64,000 bases of DNA from an uncultured Roseovarius sp. Lineage in GTDB: Bacteria; Pseudomonadota; Alphaproteobacteria; Rhodobacterales; Rhodobacteraceae. Location of the stretch: positions 1,944 to 65,943 of the forward strand of contig NZ_CAMYMD010000100.1 of the NCBI RefSeq assembly GCF_947259555.1. Reading direction: 5' to 3'. A program made the position numbers and the translations under genes. Positions 29,407 to 38,949 of the stretch are shown piece by piece. Within the stretch, counting starts at the first letter, position 1, and each line of letters begins with the position of its first letter. The notes under the pieces were generated by a model, which worked only from the letters and a program-made list of their open reading frames with translations, did no database searches and was not told where the DNA came from.

Positions 29407-31545
29407 ATGCGCTTGGTATTGATAACAATCGGATTTCTTTTCGCGGCGGTAAGCGCATATGCCCAGCAATTCGCGCTGGAGGCCCCGGCGCGTGTCGGGA
29501 TGCGCGCCACCTTTGACGTCGGGTGGACCGCACCGCAAGCCAAGGGCGGGCTGATCGAGATTCGCCCCGAGGGCGAGAATGCGCGGCGTGTCGGCTATGC
29601 CTACTTGCAGAAGAACCCGCAGGCGATCGGGGCCCCCGAGGCACCGGGCGATTACGTGATCGTGCTGACCTTCGAGGGTGAGGACCGCGTATCGCAGCCG
29701 CTGCGCGTCGATCCGGCGAGCGCGACACTGAGCGCGCCGGGCACCGTCGATGCCGGGTCGTCCGTCACCGTCACCTGGGACGGGCCCGACAACCGCAACG
29801 ATTTTGTCACCTTCGCACAGCCGGGCGCGGACCCGATCCGCGGTGCGGGCTATGCCTATACCGGCAACAGCAAGGACGGCACCGTCACGGTGCAGGCGCC
29901 GCAGGATGCGGGCACCTATGATATCGTCTATGTCAGCGGCAAGACGGTGCTGGCGCGGCACCCGGTGCAGGTGGCTGGCATTTCGGCGACGCTGAGCGCG
30001 GCGGGCACCGTCGATGCCGGGTCGACCGTTACCGTCACCTGGGACGGGCCCGACAACCGCAACGATCATGTCACCTTCGCACAGCCGGGCGCGGACCCGA
30101 TCCGCGGGGCAAGCTATGCCTATACCGGCAACAGCAAGGACGGCACCGTCACGGTGCAGGCGCCGCAGGATGCGGGCACCTATGATATCGTCTATGTCAG
30201 CGGCAAGACCGTGCTGGCGCGGCACCCGGTGCAGGTGGGTGGCATTTCGGCGACGCTGCGCGCGGCGGCGGAGGTAGCGGCCGGGGCGCGGCTTGAGGTC
30301 GGGTTCGAGGGGCCGGACAACAACGGCGACCTGATCACATTCGCGGCGCGCGACGGCGGGCCGATCAAGCCTGCCAGCTATGGCTATACCGGCAACGCCC
30401 CCGCAGACACCGTGACGCTGCGCGCCTTCGAGGAGCCGGGCAGCTATGATGTCGTCTACCTGTCCGGGGGCCGCGTGATCGGACGTGCGCCGGTGGAGGT
30501 CGTGCCGCCGCGCATGGAGATCCTGGCCCCCAAGGCCGTCGAGGCGCGTCTTGTTTTCGAGGCGGAGTGGCGCGGCACCGGCAACCAGGGCGACCGTATC
30601 CTGATGGTGGCACCGGGGCAGACCAGGGGCGACGTCTACACCTATATCGACCCTTTGGTCGAAACGGTGAGGCTGACGGCGCCGGAGGCCGAAGGCGCGT
30701 ATGAGCTTGTCTATGTCACCCGCGGAGGCCGAGAACTTGCGCGCCGCGCCATCGAGGTGACACCGGCACCGGTCGAACCCGGCGAGATCGAGGTCTTGCC
30801 AGGGCCTGGGCTGGGTCTGGGGCCGCGGGATGCCGTCGAGGTGATCCTCGATGCGTCGGGCAGCATGCTGCAACGGCAGAATGGCGAGCGCCGGATCGAG
30901 ATTGCCAAGCGTACCCTGTCGGAGCTGGTGAGCGACACGATCCCGGCGGGCACCGGCTTTGCCCTGCGGGTCTTTGGCAACCGCGAGGCGGATGCCTGCC
31001 GCACCGATCTGGAGCTTGCCCTCGGGCCGCATGACCCGGCAAGCGCAAGGGCGGTGATCGGGGGGATCACGGCGATCAACCTCGCGAAGACGCCGATCGC
31101 GCGGTCGATTGCGCTGTCGGCGCAGGATCTGGCCGGGGTCGAGGGATCGCGTGTGCTGATCGTGATCACCGATGGCGAGGAAACCTGCGAGGGCAGCCCC
31201 GGCCAGGCCATCGAGGCGCTGCGCGCGCAGGGCACGGATGTCCGTATCAATATCGTGGGCTATGCCATCGACGACGCGAACCTGGCCCGGACCTTTGAAT
31301 CCTGGGCGGCGGCGGGGGGCGGCGGTTACTTCGATGCTGCCGATGCCGAGGAGTTGGGCGCGGCGTTGCGCCGGGCCGCGGCCGCGCCTTTCGAGATACG
31401 GGATGAGGCGGGCGCGCTCGTGGGGGCGGGGCTGGCCGGGGATGCACCGGTGACAGTGCCTGCCGACACCTATGCCGTCCGCATCGGCGGTCGGGACGTG
31501 TCGGTCGTCGTCGAGCCCGGCGCTCGGACGCGCGTCACCCCGTGA
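29407..31545 (+). CDS. secreted protein with five ~88-aa repeats and a VWA domain
   Basis: Signal peptide MRLVLITIGFLFAAVSAYAQ. Repeated ..W.GP.N..D.V....PG......Y.YTG.. modules. VWA MIDAS DASGSM ... ITDGEE. Confidence 0.75.
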   Translation: MRLVLITIGFLFAAVSAYAQQFALEAPARVGMRATFDVGWTAPQAKGGLIEIRPEGENARRVGYAYLQKNPQAIGAPEAPGDYVIVLTFEGEDRVSQPLRVDPASATLSAPGTVDAGSSVTVTWDGPDNRNDFVTFAQPGADPIRGAGYAYTGNSKDGTVTVQAPQDAGTYDIVYVSGKTVLARHPVQVAGISATLSAAGTVDAGSTVTVTWDGPDNRNDHVTFAQPGADPIRGASYAYTGNSKDGTVTVQAPQDAGTYDIVYVSGKTVLARHPVQVGGISATLRAAAEVAAGARLEVGFEGPDNNGDLITFAARDGGPIKPASYGYTGNAPADTVTLRAFEEPGSYDVVYLSGGRVIGRAPVEVVPPRMEILAPKAVEARLVFEAEWRGTGNQGDRILMVAPGQTRGDVYTYIDPLVETVRLTAPEAEGAYELVYVTRGGRELARRAIEVTPAPVEPGEIEVLPGPGLGLGPRDAVEVILDASGSMLQRQNGERRIEIAKRTLSELVSDTIPAGTGFALRVFGNREADACRTDLELALGPHDPASARAVIGGITAINLAKTPIARSIALSAQDLAGVEGSRVLIVITDGEETCEGSPGQAIEALRAQGTDVRINIVGYAIDDANLARTFESWAAAGGGGYFDAADAEELGAALRRAAAAPFEIRDEAGALVGAGLAGDAPVTVPADTYAVRIGGRDVSVVVEPGARTRVTP
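29722..30249 (+). repeat. in-frame tandem duplication, 2 x 264 bp, inside the VWA gene
   Basis: Units 29722-29985 and 29986-30249 differ at about 11 positions by hand alignment. The flanking repeat units are far more diverged. Confidence 0.9.
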
Positions 31546-31704
31546 CGCGTCGCCCGTTGCGGTGGCGTGGGGGTGGCGTGGGGGTACCGGGCCGCTGCCC
31601 GGTCCCGTGAGGCGCGACAGCATGGCCGGAGCAAACCGCTTTTATCCCCCCGTCATTGCCTGTATGACGCGCCCCGCAACCCCCGCTCAGGAGGCATGAA
31701 ACAC

Positions 31705-32727
31705 ATGGGTTACAGAATCGCCGTCGTCGGCGCCACGGGCAACGTGGGCCGCGAAATGCTCAACATCCTCGCCGAACGCGAGTTTCCGGTGGACGAGATC
31801 GCCGCACTTGCGTCGCGCCGCTCGCTCGGCACCGAAGTCAGCTTTGGCGACCGCACACTCAAGACCCTCGATCTCGACACGTTCGATTTCACCGGCTGGG
31901 ATATCGCGCTCTTCGCCATCGGCTCGGACGCGACCAAGACCTATGCGCCCAAGGCGGCCAGGGCGGGCTGCGTGGTGATCGACAACTCGTCGCTCTATCG
32001 CTACGACCCCGACGTGCCGCTTGTGGTGCCGGAGGTGAACCCGCAGGCGGTCGAGGGCTATGCCAAGAAGAACATCATCGCCAACCCCAACTGCTCCACC
32101 GCACAGATGGTCGTGGCGCTGAAGCCGCTGCATGACCGCGCCCGGATCAAGCGTGTGGTGGTCTCGACCTATCAGTCGGTCTCGGGCTCGGGCAAGGACG
32201 GCATCGACGAGCTGTGGGACCAGACCAAATCGGTCTACAACCCAACCGACAATTATCAGGCCAAGGTCTACCCCAAGCAGATCGCCTTTAACGTCATTCC
32301 CCATATCGACGTCTTCCTCGAAGACGGTCAGACCAAGGAGGAATGGAAGATGGTGGCCGAGACCAAGAAGATCGTCGATCCGAAGATCAAGGTCACCGCG
32401 ACCTGCGTGCGCGTGCCGGTCTTTGTCGGCCACGCCGAGGCGATCAATATCGAGTTCGAGGACCATCTCGACGAGGCCGAGGCGCGCGATATCCTGCGCG
32501 AGGCCCCCGGCATCATGGTGATCGACAAGCGCGAGGATGGCGGCTACGTCACCCCCGTCGAATGCGTTGGCGATTTCGCCACCTTCATCAGCCGCATCCG
32601 GCAGGACCCGACCATCGACAACGGCATCAACCTGTGGTGCGTCAGCGACAACCTGCGCAAGGGCGCGGCCCTCAACGCCGTGCAGATCGCCGAGACGCTG
32701 GGCCAGCGGGTGCTGAAAAAAGGCTGA
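31705..32727 (+). CDS. asd: aspartate-semialdehyde dehydrogenase
   Basis: MGYRIAVVGATGNVGREM.., NPNCSTAQ active-site region. AGGAGG lies ~10 nt upstream of ATG 31705. Confidence 0.9.
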   Translation: MGYRIAVVGATGNVGREMLNILAEREFPVDEIAALASRRSLGTEVSFGDRTLKTLDLDTFDFTGWDIALFAIGSDATKTYAPKAARAGCVVIDNSSLYRYDPDVPLVVPEVNPQAVEGYAKKNIIANPNCSTAQMVVALKPLHDRARIKRVVVSTYQSVSGSGKDGIDELWDQTKSVYNPTDNYQAKVYPKQIAFNVIPHIDVFLEDGQTKEEWKMVAETKKIVDPKIKVTATCVRVPVFVGHAEAINIEFEDHLDEAEARDILREAPGIMVIDKREDGGYVTPVECVGDFATFISRIRQDPTIDNGINLWCVSDNLRKGAALNAVQIAETLGQRVLKKG

Positions 32728-32746
32728 CCATGGATCAGTCGCAGGG

Positions 32747-32776
32747 AAAGGGCGCGTTTTCCGGCGCGTCCTTTTC
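32747..32776 (+). terminator. Rho-independent terminator after asd
   Basis: AAAGGGCGCG-N8-CGCGTCCTTT (one mismatch) running into TTTTC. Confidence 0.55.
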
Positions 32777-32943
32777 AACAAATGATGCAGCGCGGAGCTG
32801 AGAGCCGTTCAGCGCAACACGATGACAAGGATCCAGCTTCCGAAGATTTCTTCGGGAGGTGGATGCGATGAATGTCGGCTGTGCGGGACGAAGTTGCTCT
32901 TGGTGAAAGTCGGGATCAAGGTCGGCCATTGGCCTTGAGCGGA

Positions 32944-33149
32944 CGTTGCCTTGAGCCGCGCATCGTCGTGCCGCGGTGTGGCAACCCAACGTTAGTTTGG
33001 CAGTGCTTAATACCAGCCAAACCCGGAAAACATCAGAGCGCAGCGCAGGTTTCAGCCAAATCGCCGCGCCGGGGGGCGGCACGGCGATGCGCGGCGGCCT
33101 TCGGCCTTGTTCCGCGCAGGTGCTTCAATCGAATGTCCGTTCCAGGCCA
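32944..33149. repeat. dispersed structured intergenic repeat, copy B
   Basis: Same orientation and architecture as 6691-6898. Identical 30-nt and 52-nt blocks. The central hairpin differs by paired substitutions. Confidence 0.85.
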
Positions 33150-33452
33150 GTTCGTTTCTAGCGCAATCGACAGTCTGGGCTCGAAGCGGTCATCGCGCTC
33201 CGAGCCCACTGCGTGTTCTCACGTGCATCATTTACTGCAAGGGGCTGGCTTCCGGCGCGCCCTTTTGCGTTTTAAGGACCGGGCGGCGACAGCAGATTTT
33301 TTGACGGGCGTCCGATCACGGCCTTTTCTCCAGTCACGCACGACCCGCGGTCACGACAAACAAGGCATGAATCCGCCCAAGCCATGTGCCTGCGCTTGCG
33401 CTTGTCGTCCCCAGCACTGAAATATCATGCAAGTTGCTCAGGAGTGTCCCCA

Positions 33453-35066
33453 ATGCGAGCCCTTTCTCTTCCGCTCATTCTTCTCGCGGCCCCGGCGTGG
33501 GCCGGTGATATCACGTTGACCAGTCATGTCAGCGACGTGACCCTCTATCCGCAAGGTGCCACCATCACGCGGCAAGTGCCCTTTGTCGCACCGGCCGGCA
33601 ATCATGATCTCATCGTGGCCGACCTGCCGCGCGGCACGCCGCTCGCCTCTGTGCGCGTCTCGCTGGAGGGCGCGAAGATAGGTGGCGTGACCACGCGCCA
33701 CGATTACGTCCCGCCGCGCGATGTGGCCGAAAGCCCGGCGCGTCTCGCCGCGCGCGCCGAGGTGGAGCGGCTGGAGGACGCGCTGCGCACCGCACGCGAC
33801 CGGGTTGAGGATATCCGCCTTGAAGCTGATGCCGCCCGCGCGCGCATTGCCTTTCTCGACCGTATCGGACAGGGCGACGGGGTCGCCGATCTCGACGTGG
33901 ACCGCCTGAGGGCGCTGACCGAGATGATCGGGACCGAGACCCTTGCCGCCCGTCAGGCTGCGGCCGCGGCGACACGACGGGCAGAGGCCGCGATGCGCGC
34001 CCTCGAAGATCAGGAAACCGCTCTGAAAAAGGCACGTCAGGCGCTGGCCGCGTTGGTCCCCGAAGACAAGGCACGCGCCATGCTCGCCGTTTCGATCACC
34101 GCTGCGGACGAGACAGAGGGCACCCTTACCGTGTCCTACACGACGCCCAAGGCTGGCTGGCAACCGCTCTACGATTTTCACCTCGCGTGCGACAGTGGTG
34201 ATTTGCGAATTGAACGCGGCGCATTCCTGCATCAATCGACAGGCGAGAACTGGCAGGATGTGGCGCTCAGCCTCTCGACGGCTCGCCCCTCGGAGCAAAC
34301 TGCGCCGGGACAGATATGGCCATGGGTGCCACGTATCGGCGCTCCCGAGGAGATCCGCCCTATGGTTCGGCAAAAAGAAAACGACGCGCTCATGTCGCTC
34401 GGCGCGACAGCGCCGGCGGAAGCAGACGTGGCGACAGCAAATTTCGATGGCCTGTCGGTCACATACACCTACCCGTCGCCGGTCGATGTCACGACCGGCG
34501 CAGACCGGGTGCGGCTGATGCTCGGGCAGAGCGAGACCACGGCAGAAGTTATCGCCAAAGCCGTGCCGATGGTCGACGAGACCGCCTTTGTCGTGGCTGA
34601 GTTCACCAATGACACCGAGGAGTTGCTGCTGCCAACCCCAGAGGCGCGCTTTTATCTGGATGGCCGCTATGTCGGGCAGCGCAACCTTGATCTCATCGCC
34701 GCAGGAGACGACGCCGATCTGTCGTTCGGCCCTGTAGAGGGGCTGCGCCTCAGTCGCACCCTGCGCGACCGGAACGAAGGCGACCGGGGGATCATCAGCA
34801 AATCCAGCGAGACGACCGAAACAGTCGTGATCGACGTCGAAAACCTGACCCGCGAGGAATGGTCGGTTCGCCTGATCGACCGTGTCCCGGTCTCCGAGCA
34901 GGAGGATCTGGAGATCACGTGGCAAGCACGGCCCATGCCCGCAACGCGCGATGTCGATGGTGCGCGCGGCATTCTGGCGTGGGAGTTCGATCTGCCAGCG
35001 GACGCGACCCAATCCGTCGTGCTCGAAACCGAGATGCAATGGCCCGAAGACAAGGTGCTGCGCTGA
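33453..35066 (+). CDS. DUF4139/DUF4140 (MuiA-like) secreted protein
   Basis: Signal MRALSLPLILLAAPAWA. ..VTLYPQGATITRQV..LPRGT..SVRV.. N-terminal pattern, a central coiled-coil and a C-terminal beta-rich part. Confidence 0.6.
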   Translation: MRALSLPLILLAAPAWAGDITLTSHVSDVTLYPQGATITRQVPFVAPAGNHDLIVADLPRGTPLASVRVSLEGAKIGGVTTRHDYVPPRDVAESPARLAARAEVERLEDALRTARDRVEDIRLEADAARARIAFLDRIGQGDGVADLDVDRLRALTEMIGTETLAARQAAAAATRRAEAAMRALEDQETALKKARQALAALVPEDKARAMLAVSITAADETEGTLTVSYTTPKAGWQPLYDFHLACDSGDLRIERGAFLHQSTGENWQDVALSLSTARPSEQTAPGQIWPWVPRIGAPEEIRPMVRQKENDALMSLGATAPAEADVATANFDGLSVTYTYPSPVDVTTGADRVRLMLGQSETTAEVIAKAVPMVDETAFVVAEFTNDTEELLLPTPEARFYLDGRYVGQRNLDLIAAGDDADLSFGPVEGLRLSRTLRDRNEGDRGIISKSSETTETVVIDVENLTREEWSVRLIDRVPVSEQEDLEITWQARPMPATRDVDGARGILAWEFDLPADATQSVVLETEMQWPEDKVLR

Positions 35067-35071
35067 GCATG

Positions 35072-35102
35072 AAAAAGCGGCGGTGCCAGTCTGGCCCGCC
35101 GC
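35072..35102 (-). terminator. terminator between convergent genes
   Basis: GCGGCGG-N12-CCGCCGC. On the minus strand it is followed by TTTTT. Confidence 0.55.
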
Positions 35103-35126
35103 CCGCGCATCACCTGTCCGCGCGCC

Positions 35127-35654
35127 TTATTGACAGCGCTTTTCGGCCTCTTCGACCGCCGCCGTATATCCAAGAAGCGAGAATGTATCCTTGGTCTGCG
35201 TCCCGCGTGACGAGCGCGCGGTCAGCACCGCCTCCGCGCCACGCTTCATCGCGGCCAGGACCTTGGCATCGTCATCCGTATTGGCAGGCCATGCCCACTC
35301 GCCTTCGGTGAACATCTCGAATTCCGTGCCGTCGATGTTGAGGTTCACGGTCGAGCCTCCGGCAAACGGGTATCCACCGGTAAAGGTGATCTGGCCCTGA
35401 ACCCCGGCACCGGGGCGGAAAAACGTCATCAACAGGATATCGCCGCGCCGCACCGCGACCACGCGGCCATCCTTGGTATTGACCGTTTCGGTCGGGGCCG
35501 ATACCGCCCAGCACTCCCTCGGATCGTTATCCTCGAACACGCTCCATGCCGTGTTGGTCGCCACCTGATTGGTGCTCGTTTCCTGCGCCTGCGCGCCGGA
35601 TGTGATCATAAGGGCCAGTGCCATGGCCACGCCGCCTGCAAATCTTGATACCAT
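35127..35654 (-). CDS. secreted IalB-like protein (tentative)
   Basis: 175 aa from ATG 35654. Signal ..MALALMITSGAQAQ, followed by a beta-rich body with ..WSVFEDNDPRECWAVS... Confidence 0.45.
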   Translation of the reverse strand: MVSRFAGGVAMALALMITSGAQAQETSTNQVATNTAWSVFEDNDPRECWAVSAPTETVNTKDGRVVAVRRGDILLMTFFRPGAGVQGQITFTGGYPFAGGSTVNLNIDGTEFEMFTEGEWAWPANTDDDAKVLAAMKRGAEAVLTARSSRGTQTKDTFSLLGYTAAVEEAEKRCQ

Positions 35655-35843
35655 ATGTCCAGCCTCCAAGCTGTCCTGAGCCTCAATTCCAACGGTCGCC
35701 TCTCCCTTTACTACAGGATTTTTATATGCGACCTGTCCCGTCTCGACATTGCAATAATAGTCTGAAACAGGCGAGAAGTGAAAGACGCAATTGGCGGAAT
35801 TTCGCACATCTCGCCTATGGCCCCTGTTCGCCGGAAGGAACCG

Positions 35844-36839
35844 ATGACCAACCCCGTCCCCATGACCGAGATCTGGCGCGGCTCGCGGCCTGAAAGCGTA
35901 CATCTGGGCCATGCCGTGATCTGCGATGAAAAAGGCGCGATCGTCGAGGCATGGGGGAACCCGTCCGAAGTGGTTCTGCCGCGCTCTTCGGCCAAGATGC
36001 TTCAGGCGCTGCCGCTCATCACCAGCGGGGCGGCGCAGGCCCATGGGCTTGGCCCCGAGCAACTGGCGCTCAGCTGTGCGTCTCACGACGGCGGCGAGAG
36101 TCATACCTCAAGGGTCCGCCGGTGGCTCGGTGACCTTGAGCTGGGCGATGACGCGTTTCGCTGCGGGGCCCATATGCCGTGGGACAAAGCTGCGCACAAA
36201 CGCCTGCTGTGCTCTGATACCGCGCCGTGCCAGGTGCATAACAACTGTTCGGGCAAGCATGCGGGCTTTCTCACGCTAAACCGGCACCTGCGCGGCGGAC
36301 CCGACTATGTCGAGATCGACCACCCCGTGCAAAAAGCCGTGCTCGAAGCGTTCGAGGAATTGACGGACGAGTCCTCGCCCTATTACGGCATTGACGGCTG
36401 CTCTGCCCCAAATCACGCCGCGTCGCTGCATGGCATGGCGCGTGCGATGGCGTGGTTTGCGAGCGCCTCAGAGACCGGCGGCATGGTCGAGAATGCGGCG
36501 GTCCGGCTATGGCAGGCGATGGTGGCCCATCCCGATCTGGTGGCGGGCGAGGGACGCGCCTGCACCGAGCTGATGCGCGCCTGCTCAGAGCCGGTCGCGC
36601 TCAAGACCGGGGCAGAGGCGTTCTTTGTCGCCATTCTGCCGCGGCGCAAACTGGGTGTCGCACTCAAGATCGCCGATGGCGGCACGCGCGGCGCGGAATG
36701 TGCCGTCGCCTCCATCCTCGTGCGGCTTGGGGTGCTGGACCCGGCACATCCCAGTGCCCTCAAGTATCGTAACGCCCCGATCGTCAACTGGCGCGGCATG
36801 GAAACCGGCATGATAAAGCCCGCGTCGGCCCTCGACTGA
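35844..36839 (+). CDS. asparaginase-II (PF06089-like) family protein
   Basis: ..ESVHLGHAVICDEKGAIVEAWGNP..LPRSSAKMLQALPL..ALSCASHDGE.. pattern. GGAAGGA lies upstream of ATG 35844. Confidence 0.65.
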   Translation: MTNPVPMTEIWRGSRPESVHLGHAVICDEKGAIVEAWGNPSEVVLPRSSAKMLQALPLITSGAAQAHGLGPEQLALSCASHDGGESHTSRVRRWLGDLELGDDAFRCGAHMPWDKAAHKRLLCSDTAPCQVHNNCSGKHAGFLTLNRHLRGGPDYVEIDHPVQKAVLEAFEELTDESSPYYGIDGCSAPNHAASLHGMARAMAWFASASETGGMVENAAVRLWQAMVAHPDLVAGEGRACTELMRACSEPVALKTGAEAFFVAILPRRKLGVALKIADGGTRGAECAVASILVRLGVLDPAHPSALKYRNAPIVNWRGMETGMIKPASALD

Positions 36840-37132
36840 GTCGGCACTCGCGCTGAATCGCCCTGCACCGGGGCCATGCGCGACAATCCACTTACGCGCG
36901 GCTGGCCGCTTTTCGGGCGGTCTCCCGCCCAAACCCGGGACGGCCATGCGCAGGCTCTCGCGCACAGCCGTTCACCAGCGGCGAGCTGCCGACACAACCC
37001 CCTGATTCTGGCCGGTTTTCGCAAGTTTTCATACGATTTTCAGACACCCCGAGACAGTCTCGGCCCAAGGTCTCATGTTGCGAATACGGCGGCGCATTAC
37101 CGCGCCCCGCACACGACATGAAAGGAACGATT

Positions 37133-37384
37133 ATGACCAAGGAACTCACCTCAGCAAGCCTCGCCTTCGCTATGATCCTGCCTGCGGCTGCCTTCGCAAG
37201 CGATTTTTCTTCGATGGACACGAATGGCGATGGCTACGTCACCATGTCCGAATTTCAGGAGGCCATGCCGGATGCCCCGGCAGACGCGTTCATGGCCGCC
37301 GATGCGGATGCCGATGGCGCGCTGAGCGAGGACGAACTCGCAGCCGCGAAGGACGCCGGCACGTTCTCCTCCAACGAGGGCTGA
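37133..37384 (+). CDS. secreted EF-hand calcium-binding protein
   Basis: Signal ..SLAFAMILPAAAFA. Two EF loops, DTNGDGYVTMSEF and DADADGALSEDEL. Confidence 0.7.
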   Translation: MTKELTSASLAFAMILPAAAFASDFSSMDTNGDGYVTMSEFQEAMPDAPADAFMAADADADGALSEDELAAAKDAGTFSSNEG

Positions 37385-37401
37385 TCCGATATATCGAGTT
37401 T

Positions 37402-37429
37402 TTCGGGGCGGGTATCTGCCCGCCCCGAA
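37402..37429. other. 11-bp perfect stem-loop between convergent genes
   Basis: TTCGGGGCGGG-TATCTG-CCCGCCCCGAA. There is no clear downstream U-tract on either strand. Confidence 0.45.
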
Positions 37430-37431
37430 CG

Positions 37432-38310
37432 CTAGCGCGCTGGTGAGACGAATTCGGTGCGGGAATATCCCTGAATGTAAAGCAGCGCGGTCAGATCGCC
37501 GTGATTGATGCGGATATCGCACTCGGCCGCGACGCTCGGCTTGGCATGCAGCGCGACACCCGCGCCCGCGCGCCCCAGCATGCCCAGATCGTTCGCGCCG
37601 TCGCCCACGGCAACCACATCCTGATCCGAGATCCCCAGACGCGCGGTGATGTCGTCCAATGCCTGCACCTTGGCCGCACGCCCGAGGATGGGCCGTGCGA
37701 CATCGCCAAGCAGCCTGCCATCGCGGGCCAGAAGTGTGTTGGCGCGGTTCTCGTCAAATCCAAGACGTGCCGCGACCACCTGTGTGAACGCCGTGAACCC
37801 GCCTGACACAAGCGCGCAGTAGGCGCCGTTGGCGCGCATCGTCGCGACCAACTCGGAGCCGCCCGGCATGTAGGTGATGCGGCTTTCGAGCACCTCGGAA
37901 ATAAAGCGCTCGGGCAAGCCTTCGAGAAGCGCCACGCGCTCGATCAGCGCGCCCTCGAAGTCCAGCTCCCCGTTCATCGCGCGCGCCGTGATCTCGCGCA
38001 CATGCGGGCCGACGCCCGCCACTTCGGCCAACTCGTCGATACATTCCTGCTCGATGATCGTGCTGTCCATATCGGCCAGTAGCATCCTCTTGCACCGTCC
38101 GTCAGAGGGTTGCACCACCAGATCGGCCCCCTGCCCCTGTAGATCCTCCCAGACATCCCACAGATTGCCGGGTGTCTCGGCAATGGCAAACTCTGCGGCC
38201 TCGTCCGGCGCAAGCCATTGCACCGCAGCCCCTCCCCAAGCGTTGCGCAGCGCCTCGACAAGGGCGGGCTCAAGCGCAGCGGGTGCTGCGATTAATGTGG
38301 CCGTGAACAT
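37432..38310 (-). CDS. serB: phosphoserine phosphatase
   Basis: HAD motifs DMDSTII, SGGF and GDGANDL, plus an N-terminal ACT-like region. 292 aa. Confidence 0.85.
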   Translation of the reverse strand: MFTATLIAAPAALEPALVEALRNAWGGAAVQWLAPDEAAEFAIAETPGNLWDVWEDLQGQGADLVVQPSDGRCKRMLLADMDSTIIEQECIDELAEVAGVGPHVREITARAMNGELDFEGALIERVALLEGLPERFISEVLESRITYMPGGSELVATMRANGAYCALVSGGFTAFTQVVAARLGFDENRANTLLARDGRLLGDVARPILGRAAKVQALDDITARLGISDQDVVAVGDGANDLGMLGRAGAGVALHAKPSVAAECDIRINHGDLTALLYIQGYSRTEFVSPAR

Positions 38311-38463
38311 AGTGAAACCATCCGATCAAGGGCGCGCAAGGCCGTGGTGTCCTCTTGCCGAGGTCATAGCGCCCTTGGCGGCTTTGCGAAAGACCCGACC
38401 TGTCGCCAGCCCTTTGCAGTAAATGTGTCAATGTGCATTCAAAACTGACCCGGTCTGATCATT

Positions 38464-38900
38464 GTGTTTGGCTCAATCGGCCGGATTAGCCTGCAGGGCG
38501 ACACGCTCGCGCTTGTTATGATGGCGGCCATGGCCACAATTATGGTGATCTACCGAAAACACCCCGCCCCCCCCGGGGTCCGGTCCAGCAGTCATGCAGT
38601 CATTGTTCCTGTTGCCACCGTCCTTCCTTCTGGGCGCGCCTTTTCTGACCGAGCCGACTGACGTTGCTGTGTTGGCGGCCTTCGGGCTCTTGTTTGCGAT
38701 CGCGTCAGTCACGCTTGCAGAGGGTGCAAAACGTGATCCCTCGGGTCAAACAGCGCTCATCAGCGCCCTGGAAATACCGCTGGCGCCGATCCTGGCCTTC
38801 ATCGTTTTGCCGAGCGTCCCAATGCTGCGACTTTTGTCGGCGGGACTGTTGTATTGATTGCGGTATTGGTTTCGATCAGAAGAAATGGCGACGTGTGATC
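38464..38900 (+). pseudogene. DMT/EamA transporter remnant (5'-truncated, frameshifted)
   Basis: EamA-like pieces appear in at least two frames (..GDTLALVMMAAMATIMVIYRK.. then ..SALEIPLAPILAFIVL..). Only about half a gene is present. Confidence 0.5.
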
Positions 38901-38949
38901 GCGATCAACGCCCCGGCACCTGAACGCACCTTTGCCACAAAGAAAACCG

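Noticed and set aside
29722-30510. Regularly spaced 264-bp repeats that could be mistaken for a repeat array (CRISPR-like or satellite).
   Set aside because: The repeats are in frame inside a long ORF and encode protein modules. There are no short repeat/spacer units and no cas genes.
31562-31583. Tandem 11-mer GTGGCGTGGGG x2 downstream of the VWA gene.
   Set aside because: Only two copies are present, adjacent to a plausible terminator hairpin (ACCGGGC-CGCT-GCCCGGT). It is too short to interpret and is probably slippage.
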